Source: Azolla caroliniana (Eukaryota > Plantae > Polypodiophyta). Taken from it: a stretch of 64,000 bases of DNA. Within the stretch, counting starts at the first letter, position 1. Each line of letters opens with the position of its first letter. The stretch is from contig JBHGNT010000013.1 of the NCBI GenBank assembly GCA_043228905.1, positions 372,001 to 436,000 of the forward strand, written 5' to 3'. The translations under genes and the position numbers were made by a program. The notes under the pieces were generated by a model. The model worked only from the letters and a program-made list of their open reading frames with translations, did not search any database and was not told the DNA's origin. Of the stretch, positions 48,241 through 59,800 are shown in pieces.

Positions 48241-50866
48241 AACGGCACCAGCAACTTTCCAGCGAATCATCATGGAGATCTTCGGCGAATACATTCCAGC
48301 CTTCATGCAGGTTTTCCAGGATGACTTTGCAGTCTATAGCCGGGAAAAAGACCATTTGCAGCACCTACGGTTATGCCTTGAAAAGTGTAGGTTATACCGG
48401 CTAAGCTTAAACCCAGCAAAATGCATCTTTGGGGTTTCAAGTGGAATCTTACTGGGACACATTGTAAGTAAGGAGGGCATTGCGGTCGACCCGGACAAAG
48501 TAAATGCGATACTAGGGGCACCGGCGCCGAAAACGGCCAAAGCACTAAGCCGATTCTTAGGACAGATCCGGTGGCACAGCCGGATGCTCCGTCACTTGGC
48601 TGACTTGGCTACACCATTACACACCGCGGTACATCGGACACCGTTCCAATGGACGGATACGGAGGATAAGGCATACAATGCCCTGAAGGTACTTTTGTCG
48701 CAAGCACCCGTCGTGCAGCCTCCGGATTGGAGCAAGGAATTTCATGTGTTCATTGACGCTTCCGACATCGCTATCGGCAGCGCCTTAATGCAACTTACGG
48801 AGCCCAAATGGTACCGGCCGGTATATTACGCGAGCCAGAAGCTGTCCCAAGCGGAGAAGAACTATTCGACGACGGAACGGGAGGCCCTGGGCATGATCTA
48901 CAGTGTAACAAAGTTTCGTCATTACCTATTGGGAAGGAAGTTCTCCTTTCATGTGGATCACTCGGCGCTCCTGTACTTAGTGTCCAAGGCGTCCCTGACC
49001 GGTAAGTTGGCCCGTTGGACCTTGCTGTTGCAAGAGTTCGAATTTGAGATCTTCCACCGGCCCGGTATCCAGCATGCCGTAGCAGACTATCTGAGCCGGT
49101 TAGAGTCCGAAGAATCAGGCGACGGAGTAGCGGATGAATTCCCGGACGCAGAGTTATTCCGTATCACCCCGGAAACGGCAGCGGACGACACGGTGGTATC
49201 AGAAGATAGGTGGCTGACAAACATGCACCAGTTCCTAAGCACGGGCTTGCCACCGGAGGAAATGAACCGGGACGAGAGGAAACGACTGGCGGTGCAGAGC
49301 CGCAATTTCTGTCTGTTACGGGACACTCTCTACCACAAGGGAGCAGATGGAATATGGAGACGGGCAGTCCGTAGTGACGAGAAACAAGTAATCTTACGGG
49401 AAGCACACTGTGGGGTTGCCGGAGGACACTATGCCGGGGAAGCGACGACAAGGAAAGTATGGCAGAGCGGCTTATGGTGGCCCACGACGTTAAAAGACGT
49501 CGTCAAGTATGCTAAGGAATGTGACCTATGCCAACGAATGGGCCAGCCTACGGAGCAAGCACGGATGCCACACCAACCGGTACTTCCACTAGAGCCATTC
49601 CAGAAGTGGGGGTTGGATTTTGTCGGACCGTTCAAGCCACCGGCAATGAGAACGGGTAATCGTTATGTCATCGTGGCAACAGATTATTGCACTAAATGGG
49701 TGGAGGCTAAGGCCTTGAGAGACAACACCGCGTCATCCACAGCAAAATTCCTGTACGAAAACATTTGGTGCCGATATGGATGTCCGATTGAATTAATCAG
49801 CGACCAAGGAGGGCACTTCCTCGGCCAGGTAGTTGAAAGCTTAACAACGTATTTTGTCGGACCGTTCAAGCCACCGGCAATGAGAACGGGTAATCGTTAT
49901 GTCATCGTGGCAACAGATTATTGCACTAAATGGGTGGAGGCTAAGGCCTTGAGAGACAACACCGCGTCATCCACAGCAAAATTCCTGTACGAAAACATTT
50001 GGTGCCGATATGGATGTCCGATTGAATTAATCAGCGACCAAGGAGGGCACTTCCTCGGCCAGGTAGTTGAAAGCTTAACAACGTTCTATGCCGTGGTCCA
50101 TAAACGGAGCACACCGTACTACCCACAAGCAAACGGGTTAGCAGAGTCAACCAACAAAACGCTCCAGAACATTCTCCGCAAAATCGTCAATGAAAACCGG
50201 ACAGACTGGGATACAAAGCTCCATAGCGCGCTATGGGCGTACCGAACGGCATACAAAACAAGTATCCGGACAACGCCGTTTCGGTTAGCGTTCGGCTTAG
50301 AGGCGGTCATGCCGGTGGAATTTCAGGTACCAAGCTTACGGATCCAACTACGGGAACGGCTGAATGAAAAGGAGTCGGAGGAAATGCGGCTAGCAGCACT
50401 ATGCGAACTGGAGGAGCAACGGCTGGCCAGCATCCTACACATGGAACTGGAGCAACGACGACGGAAAGCGTTCGTTGACCGTCACCGGAAAGGTAATGAA
50501 AAGATGTTCGAAATCGGAAAGCCGGTGCTAGTATTCCAAACGAGGATGGGCAAGATGCGGGGTAAACTCCGGTTTAGATGGACAGGCCCGTATTGGCTGA
50601 CACGGGAATACAACGGGTCCTATCAGTTAGGGACACTTGCCGGTGAAGTGCTAGGCAAGTGGGTCAACGGATTTAGAATAAAGCCCTATAAAGGACCGAT
50701 GCCAAGTAACCCGTTTATGCAGCCCACCGGCACTATACCGGGAACCTGTCCGGGAACGGTACGGATGGAAGAAAAAGACGACGGGGAACCCGTAGCAGAG
50801 GCGAAGGAAGACACGGCAACCCGTAAGGAAAACGGTAAGGGTCCAAAGGGACCTACGGATGTGTAA
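48241..50866 (+). pseudogene. pol: pol of Y2, C-terminal part (RT end, RNase H, integrase)
   Basis: TAPATFQR continues the frame broken at 41233; [23 protein letters not shown]. Confidence 0.9.
49617..50084 (+). repeat. 234-bp in-frame tandem duplication in the integrase core
   Basis: 49617-49850 repeats as 49851-50084. Confidence 0.9.
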
Positions 50867-51245
50867 GATCACATACCGTCATTAAAATAAAAAAAATATA
50901 AAAAAAATAAAAAAGAAATCATTAAAAATCGAGGTATGAACGGACGTGAAAGCAAGGAGCGAAAAGGTACGTAGTGGGCATTTAAGAGCCGCCACGTTAC
51001 TTAATACTAAATTGGTACACGACGTGCGCATGCTCGGAAAAGGCACCAAGACGCACAGAGAAAAAGCAGAACGCATGGAGACCTTTTCATTTCGCGAGCC
51101 AAGAAGCACAGAAGCACCAAGGCAGTGGAAGCTTATCAGACGCGAACCTGCACTCAGAGAACCCCCACGTTCGGAAGTCTCTCTCTCTCGCTCTCACTCT
51201 CATCACCACTCTACCTCGCCATCTTTCCTCGACCTCGAAGCAGAC

Positions 51246-53914
51246 ATGGACCCACAAACGCTGTCGGAAGCGGCCAGGAAATGGCTCAGGCAACACGGAC
51301 TGGATGGGTTCCTGACCATCATGGAGTCACCACCGCACAAAGAAGCCGACCAGGTCATCAAGGAGCTCGACACAGAAGTCATCACTGAGGAAGCGATCCG
51401 TGCGCTAACAGGCCTTCGGAGGGAGGTATTTTTCAGATCGATAACCCAACCTCGGAGCAACTCATCCGATATTTCGGTGAGTACTCTCTAGCCGGCAAAG
51501 GCTATCGAACGCAGGGCGGCGAAGATCCGCTATTCAGGGAGATAGCTCGAGTGCTCCATGAGTACGGCCACGTGTACCCCCGACCCCCTGTCATGCCAAA
51601 AAATCGGGCAGGGATGATCATAGCCACCTATGAAGGGATCAAGGTGGACTGGCCGGTGTTGATTGCAGACGGTTTGTGCGCGGCAATAGACATGGTACGA
51701 GGAAAGGACGGCAAGGAGGGCCGGAAGCTGTGGCATGCCGTAGCTCAGTGGATAACATTGCTCGTGCCGCCGGTCGAGACCGTTCAGCCAAAGAAGCGGC
51801 CAAGATTATCGGAAGGAAGCACCTCGAAGCCCGCGTCCAAACGACAGCAGCTGCTGGCGTCGAAGGCGACGAAAGGGAAGAAACGGCTCCCAGAACCGGA
51901 GGAGGTGTCACCGGTCCTACCCGTTAAGATAACCATACGGCGACCGGGACAGAAGGAACCGGAACCCTTGACGGCACAGATACATGTCGTTACCCAGGAA
52001 GAGGAAACGGAGGAGCCAGTAGAGCACCTCCAACGACGGTCAAGAAGTAGGACCGCCGGGACAGCGGGGGAGCGTTCGGACCCGCAAAAGGAAGAAACGC
52101 CCCCAACTCAACCTGAGCAAACCGCAAGGGAGGAACCGGAACCGGTGCGTATAGAACCGGCCTTGTCGACTTCTATACAAGAAGTCATTCCAACGGCTCC
52201 GGAGACGGCGAGAACCGGAACTCAACAGTCGGCGAGCCCAGCCAGCACACACAGCGGCCAAGGAGTAGAACCAGAACGGCAGATACATGCACTCAGGCCA
52301 GACAATTCCACAGTGAACGAGCCGACCCGACCAGTACAGCAGCAAGGCACCAGTAGCATGTGGCTACGGTGGGTAGGCGAGCAGATCGCCGGAGCGGTCG
52401 AGTACATAGAGGCGGAGGAGAGAGCGCACCACGAACGGTTGCTCGTCACAACCGTAGATCTAGAGACGGCCCGGTCCAGAATCCGGAGCCTTGAACAAGA
52501 CTTGGACAGGGTCACAAGGGAAATGGCTCAATTGGCTTTGACAACACAAGTCCAAGCACCGGTGACTCCGGGCAATGTACAGAATAAAGCGTCAGATCAA
52601 CCTGTACATAGCAATCAGACCCCGGCAACGGAAACCGTTCCGGAGAGAAATGCGGCACAAGCCCAAGAGCTTGCGGACTTAAAGGATGAGCTAGCTGCCC
52701 AAGAAGCGCTGAGGAGCCGCGAAAGAGAGTTGAAGACGGCAGCGGAGGCAGAACTTAAAAAGACTGCTGAGAATCTACGCCGGGCCGAGGAGAGCTTACG
52801 AAAAGGCCACCAAGCGTACGACCGGCTCAAGGAAGAGAGGGAGAAAATGCTGCAAGAGAAGGACAGGCTCCGGAGAAACGCCGAAACAGAAGTAGAGCGC
52901 CTGAAAGAGGAACTCCGGCAGCTAAAGGACCGGGAGGACCGGAACCATCGCCAGATCAACGGCAAGCTCAAACAAAAAACGGAGGAATTTGAGCACTTGC
53001 ACCGGGAGTATAAACGGTTGCAAACGGAGCACAAGGAACGGACGGATGAGCTCCGGCAAGCAGTTGATCGGACCGCAACGGCATACGCTAATGAACAAGC
53101 GGAAACCAGAAGACGGTTGGAAGAGGCGGAGAAGGTTCGGACAGAGCTCCTCAGGCAACAGCAGGCGGAAAAAGAAAGAGCGGCGGAGGTACTGCAGAGG
53201 CTGCAAACAACATATCAAGGGCAGCTGACGCACTACAGAGAGCAGGCGGAGGATACGGCTAATCTCATCAAGCAGTTGAAGGAGGAACGACAAGTTGTGG
53301 AAAGTAGAGCGCAAATGGGAGCAAGTCGCATCCAGGATATCATGCGGGCCTGGTTGAACCAGACCAAGAGCTTGATTGACAACGGTTCCGTCAAATGGTG
53401 GACCAAGTGGGCCACGAACGCGGCGGAACTCCAATTGCTCCGGGCCGACGTAGAGAACCGGCGGAAGGAGGGAGATGATTGCTATATGCTGACTTCCGAA
53501 GACTTCACCGGCATAAGAGATGAGCTGGCCGAAGACTTTCAAGCCTTGGCAGAGGACCAACTAGGGCAAGTCCGGCAACTTGTAGCTCAGCTGGACGACG
53601 ACAGGCTGGAGGCGCAGATCCAGTTTGAAAGCTACGAGAGGTCCCGGATCCGGGAAGAGAAAGCACGAGAACCGGTTACGGTCAACCTCAGTGATGAGGA
53701 ACCGTTACTGGAAGGAGACCGGACCGGAAGCAGTCAAACGGAGATGCCGGAGTCAGAGAAACAAACGGAGCAGCCGCCTATAGAGCAGCCGGAGCAGTCT
53801 CAGTCCCAACCGCAACCACAGCAGCAGCAGCAAGCACAGCCGCAACAACCACAACCGGAAGAACAATTGGAAACTCTGGAACAAAGTATTTTGGACAATT
53901 TGGGTGAACAATGA
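51246..53914 (+). CDS. Extra downstream ORF of Y2 (long coiled coil), frameshift near the 5' end
   Basis: MDPQTL... start at 51246, then the 787-aa ORF 51551-53914; homologous to W 27925-30947. Confidence 0.75.
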
Positions 53915-53947
53915 AGGGGCCGAGAAGGGTTCGACGTACAAGGTACT

Positions 53948-53966
53948 GTCCCACGGGCGTGCCATG
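53948..53966 (+). promoter_or_regulatory. tRNA-Arg 3'-end-like motif at the PPT position
   Basis: GTCCCACGGGCGTGCCA followed by TG and then the LTR; compare the tRNA end GTCCCACCGGGCGTGCCA read from 20358-20375. Confidence 0.7.
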
Positions 53967-54385
53967 TGTTACCGGCCGGCAAGGAGTCCAAAATACGGAG
54001 TGAAGGAATTAATTAAGTATGGTTGTAAATAAGCATACTGTGGACGGACGGACTGGAAACGGTATGCCGTTCCAGATCCGGACGGATCCCGAATAGGTGT
54101 GATAGGCACCGTTTTGTACTACGGGCCGGAAACCTATTTAAAGGCCCGGACCCCATTGTAATCGCAACGGATAATTAATAGAGCGTATGGTGTTTATACT
54201 TCTGTGTTGATTTCCGTTCTGTAATTACTGTTATATCTTACACGTGTAATTAACAAAAGCGCTCTAATCGTGTAACCTACTTAAGTCGGTGTAATCGTTG
54301 AGTCATAATCCTATGCCGTAATCACCCTTTGGTGAAGTGTCTCCGTGACACCTTGTGTAAGGCCTTGTCCGGTCAGAGAACAACA

Positions 54386-55982
54386 AAGTGAAAGCATCAT
54401 GCCGAGACAACTGTCTGGAGAATGTGCTAAACATCTGATCTATATGGTCATGTGTGTGGCCAACCAAAAGGAAATTGACTTTCACTATCCTAAACAATTC
54501 TAGGTTGACCAACATATTTAGATAGCCAAATACAATTGAATTTTTGTTCTCTCTAGCAGTATTGTCCAATTGAATGTATAGAACAGGGGGGAAAGGTTGT
54601 CCCCAAGACATCAAAACTCGGTGAATCACTGTAACTGTTAGGTTAGGGTCATTGTGAACATTGGGGTAAGTAATGAAGACGTGAGGTCGAACAGACCTAT
54701 TATAAGCCAAGCATCCCACCAAGTGCATTTGAACAAGGCACTCATCATTGACATCTTTGGGGAGCCTCCGCATATGCGGCAAGCATGTCTTCTTTTGGTC
54801 CATGCCATCTATCATTAAGCACATGTATTGTTCGGGCCTCTTCAAACACTTCTCTCTATGATGCATCGCCTTCCTTCGTTCTAAGGATTGTGCCTCACGA
54901 TGCTCTTGTAGTAACTTCTTACTCGTATCCTTTTCCATTGATGTCTTTGCACCTTTAGCCAAACTTTAAAGATTTGCACAAATGGAGCAATACCCCATAC
55001 GTACTTTACGAGGAATAATAACATTTGAAAACCGAGCTCTCCATAATCTTGTGAATTGGCTATAGGTGATAGACTTATTACGTGAGCCCAGCATATCAGA
55101 TCGATAGACATCATAAACTTCCCAACGTGTATAATTATCAGAAAGATGCATCCTACCTGTAGTGGGCATTACTTCACAATTTAACTGAAAGTAAGTTTTC
55201 ATCCAGCCAATAGCTAGTCTTCCAATTGCACCTTTCATACTTGGAACCTCTTTACAATTGAGCATCTGATCCCCGCTAAGTAGACGTTGTTGTACTCTAT
55301 GTAGCCGCATGTTACTAACACATAACGCAATTTTGAATGCAACTCTACATATCTGTTGCGCATGGAAGTTATAATACTCGAATGATACTTTGATCCCCGT
55401 ACATTTGTCAGATACTAGTTGCATATGTGACCCGAGGTAAGTGTCTTGCTCATCACCGGTCATCGAAAAATAGTATCGCCTTAATTCTCGCAACTTTGAT
55501 TTTCCAATCATAGACATACAACCACGGGCACAACATATTTTGTTGACATCAAATCCAATCTGTTTATCTGATGTCACCAAGCTAAATCTAGCCAGATGAA
55601 TTCTTCGTGGGATTCTTCTAATATGCATAGGGCTCCCAGATTTCTCTTCCTGCATAGAGGTTGGTGTAACCTTGTTACAGTCTAATTCTCTGTTGTGACC
55701 ATCGCCAATGTTATTCAATGTTTCCTGGGCACTTCCTTCATTCTCGGTATCTTTATTAATATCGTATTCTTCAATAGAGAACTCTTCACATGTGTCATTA
55801 TTTACATTCCCTGTAGATGAGCTCAGACAATATTCTTCGATAGAATATGGTGAGTCGGTCGACTGACAATATTCTTCAATCGAATATGGTGACTCTGTTG
55901 ACAAACAATACTCTTCAGTAGAAAACGATGGGTCTGATGACAAACAATATTCTTCAATCGAGAACGGTGAATCTTCACTCAT
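54386..55982 (-). pseudogene. Sola-type DDD transposase, N-terminal and catalytic part
   Basis: CLMIDGMDQ, LYIQLDNTARENKN, FLLVGHTHDHIDQMFS, CSIC and ICRVAF motifs; one in-frame TAA at 54966-54968. The reconstructed protein is about 926 aa. Confidence 0.85.
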
Positions 55983-56284
55983 GGCTTAAGGTCTAGATAG
56001 GGCTCTCTAAGTTATGTGCTTAGGGTAAGGAAAAAAACTAATAAGCTCCTCTCTAAACATATACTCCTCTCTGAACATAAACTTCTCTCTAAACAAAAGC
56101 CAAATCAATAGAATGTCTATATTATGTAATATTCTATTAATACAATACATCAAAAAATTATTTTTAATAAAGTAATTGTACTTAAAATATCAATTATTAT
56201 ATAAACTAGATCTATATGAAGTTAAATCAAGTAAAATATAAAACTAATCATTAACAAGCCATGAATATGTTGGATTAATGTTAA

Positions 56285-56691
56285 AATCATTGGCTAATTA
56301 ATGGCACCCATTTTGATATAGAACGTCTCAATCATTGGTTCTTTAATGCTCACCATTTTAAATATTAGACTTATCAATCATTGGTTAATTCATGCCAACA
56401 TCTTTAATACATAGCATTTGAGAGTCATAAAATTTGTTGCTTTTAGTAATCAATCATTGGTACATTCATGAACCTCTATCATTGTCTCCTTCATAACCTT
56501 TGAAGTCATTGTAGGTTGTTATGACTATAAAAGATTGATCAATATGTTAGTTTGACTTTGTAATCATTAATACAATCATAAGTTACTCTAGTTAATGTGA
56601 CTATGGTTACCAACTAACTATCCTCAAAGTTACCAACCTTGGTTAAGGTGACTATGGTTACTTTAACCAATGTGTTCAATCCCTATAAATA
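56285..56691. promoter_or_regulatory. Probable divergent promoter region
   Basis: Four AATCATTGG (CCAAT on the minus strand) at 56285, 56330, 56376 and 56452; TATAAATA at 56684-56691 upstream of ATG 56844. Confidence 0.55.
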
Positions 56692-56843
56692 GGAAGACCT
56701 CGTCATATTTCACTCACCAGAGCGTACAGAGCGTACAGAGCACACAGAATGTAGAGAGCACACAAAGCACACAAAGCACACAAAGCACACAGAGCACAAA
56801 GCACGAAAGCGCGATCTCCGCCTCCACTTCCACACGATCAACG

Positions 56844-59800
56844 ATGTCTTCAAAGAGAATCGAGCGCGAGGACTCCAGGTAGGCCTCTGACACTGTGGAC
56901 ATTTTGTAAATATGTTTCGTTTCTCAAGAACTCGATACGCCGTATCGAGTTCATGTATACAATACAAACTTTATACATGAACTCGATATGGCGTATCGAG
57001 TTCCTGTATATAAGAAGGCTTTGAGAGAGAAAAATTGTGTTTTTGGGGTAACAAATAATTATGGGGTGGAAAGATATCAAATTGTCTGGCAAAATCAGTC
57101 TTTTTTATGTTGACTTTCCTTACTTTTAAAAAAAAACATGCTCTAATTATAGGTGTTTTATGACCTACTTTAGCTTAAAATAGTAGAAAATGATCCACAA
57201 ATTGCCTTTACGATAGCAAATTCTCTTCAATATAGGTTTAGAATCTATATAAGTCATACCTACTATTTAAAAGAATATATAACCCTATTTACTTATTACG
57301 ATATATAGTTTCTAGTTGAATAGCCCTGCCTATAATAGATTTTTGAATATAGGACTGCTCCTGGGAACTGTTCTTCATTATAATATACAACCTTAATCTA
57401 CGTGACTACCTAACTTATGTTTTTGCATATACTTTCTTAAATTGGTCGTTTGAGAACCTGTCGGACCGACCCCGTGAAGAAAATAAAGCTTCGCATACAA
57501 GGTTCTCCAATCGAAGCCCAGACCAAGGTAGCTCCTGAGACCATAAAGAGAGGAAAAAAGCTTCTATTTAACGAAGAGACAAAATCTCAGCCACATAGTG
57601 ATGTTAGCCAAAGAAACTTGTCGCCGCTACTGGAGGTGAAGTCCTTCCTGACCGAGATCTAACGGACAAGGAATGGTGTATGCAATATGTCGACTCAAAG
57701 AAAAAAGTCGTATTGTATACAACAAAGAAGAAGGGTGAGGGGCAGCTTGGAAAGGAAACCCCATTTATGTATGGCCGTATTCTACGATTTGACTACGAAG
57801 ATGTAGATTCGGCAAACATACTGGTAATGATAGAGTGCTCCAAGGGGGTACATAAGTGTTCCTTTCAGAAGACGTTTTAGTAAAGGAATCTTGTGGGCTA
57901 GAAGTGTTCAAAAAAGCACTTGATAGCTCACAAAACCTTATTGTTACCTTGAGGCCTTATATACAAGGCCATGTAACTCTAAGAGATGAAGTGCCCTCCC
58001 CATTGAAGGTCACAAAAAAGGTATCGGCTAGAAGTGTTCAAAAAAGCACTTGATAGCTCACAAAACCTTATTGTTACCTTGAGGCCTTATATACAAGGCC
58101 ATGTAACTCTAAGAGATGAAGTGCCCTCCCCATTGAAGGTCACAAAAAAGGTATCCAAAGTCCAGTCAAGACCAGCAAAGAAGAAGACAACCAAAATGTC
58201 GGATACGGATTCAACAAGTGAAAACGAAGAGGAGGATAATAAGGGGACGCCAGGAGCTGAGCTGGCCTCGGGTGTTTTGTCATCCGAGCAGAATAAAATA
58301 AGGAGAGAGTTAATGCAACGGAAGCTGGTCAGGAAAGGGCAAGTGTTTAATTTGCCTATAACACACATCCATCGGCCCCCTATTGATGAAAAAACAGGTC
58401 GAAGACCACTTGAGATTAGAGAGCCTCACCTCATGCATGTTCAAAATCTCAAGAAAAAAATGAAAATTAATCCTCATGCCACTGTGGTGCCTTTTATTGT
58501 TATGGTAGATCCTGAAGAATGTGAAACCATTGAAGATTTTGATATTAGAAAGCATGATCAATATAATTATTTTGTCATTGGTGGATCGCATTCAGCAGAG
58601 GCACGTCGGCAACTTGTGAGAGAACATCCAACCACTTTCTTCTTCAAGTATGCCGAATGCAAAATTTATGTTGGGCTCACAACCGAAGAGGCTAAGCTGT
58701 TGGCATGGGACCATAATAATGATAATGACTATAGGCAGAAAATGTCGTCCATTGAGTGTATACGATTCTTCCACCACGAGTATTTAGATGTGAAACAAAA
58801 GTTTGGTGTGAAGTTACATCCAGGCCTTCGACGTCAATGTCTGCATGAAGTCGGCATTGTGGTAGATGATAATGTTAGGTTCGATGGTCTTCGAAAGTAT
58901 GAGTCTTGGTTTCAATTGGCGTTTAGAGATGGAGAAGTATGGGACCGACAAGATCAAATCTTCTCAATGTGGGAGAATGAGGTAAAGGGTCAACGACAAA
59001 AGAAATGTAGGGTTGACCCTCAACTAGAGTTAAAGTCACAAGCCGCCAAGAAAATTGACTTGACAATTGAAGAAGCGGCAGATGACATGAAGCTGTCTCT
59101 ATGGAGAGCGATGCAAGGTATTACGGACGAGCAGCTTCTTGTGTCGGTTTTGTCAAGGGTTGTGGCGAAAGATTTAAGCCTTGAAGAAATGGTCACTGAG
59201 TTCAATAAGTCTTTCAAATATTGAAATTGTAGTCTATCTGGTGTAATTCAAAGTTCTAATCTTGATTTCTAATTTTACAGTCAGAAGGTGTACATGAAGA
59301 TCCAAGAAGTTATGATGAAAAAACTTGGATGTATAACTTGGGAACAAGTGACCGAGGATTATCCTCTAACGTCTTCGTATAAGGCGTTATCAGAGTATTT
59401 TATTGCATTCAAGGATTGGGTTAGTATTCATGTTTTTTCATTACCCTTTCATCATATGTAGAGCTTGTATAATAATACCTGATGTCCTATTGCTTCTATT
59501 AGAAACCGTGTCGAGGCAAGAAACAAGGAGAAGTTAAGGATATACACGATTTCCCTACATCCTTCCTTGCATATCTCGAGCGAGCCAGAAAAGAAAAGGA
59601 TCGTCGCTTAGTCAAGGCGTACGAAATGGAGGAAGATGGCTCGTTTAAAAATTTTAGCCACAAAAAAGATATTACGAGAGATCTTTATTACAATGTGGTT
59701 TGCGGTGATGTCATCGACTTGATCTAGAAGGTGCCAAAGAAGGAATATACGCTAATGATTGCAGATATTCCTTACGGATTTCGAATGGCTGGGTTATCAT

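Larger units (their letters stand above)
37314..54385 (+). mobile_element. Ty3/gypsy element Y2, full length
   Basis: 419-bp LTRs 37314-37732 and 53967-54385, PBS TGGCGACCAC (tRNA-Arg-like), TSD AAGTG (37309-37313 / 54386-54390). Confidence 0.95.

Noticed and set aside
52040-53991. Many antisense and overlapping short ORFs here and across the GC-rich elements
   Set aside because: Shadows of the retroelement coding frames with no recognisable motifs.
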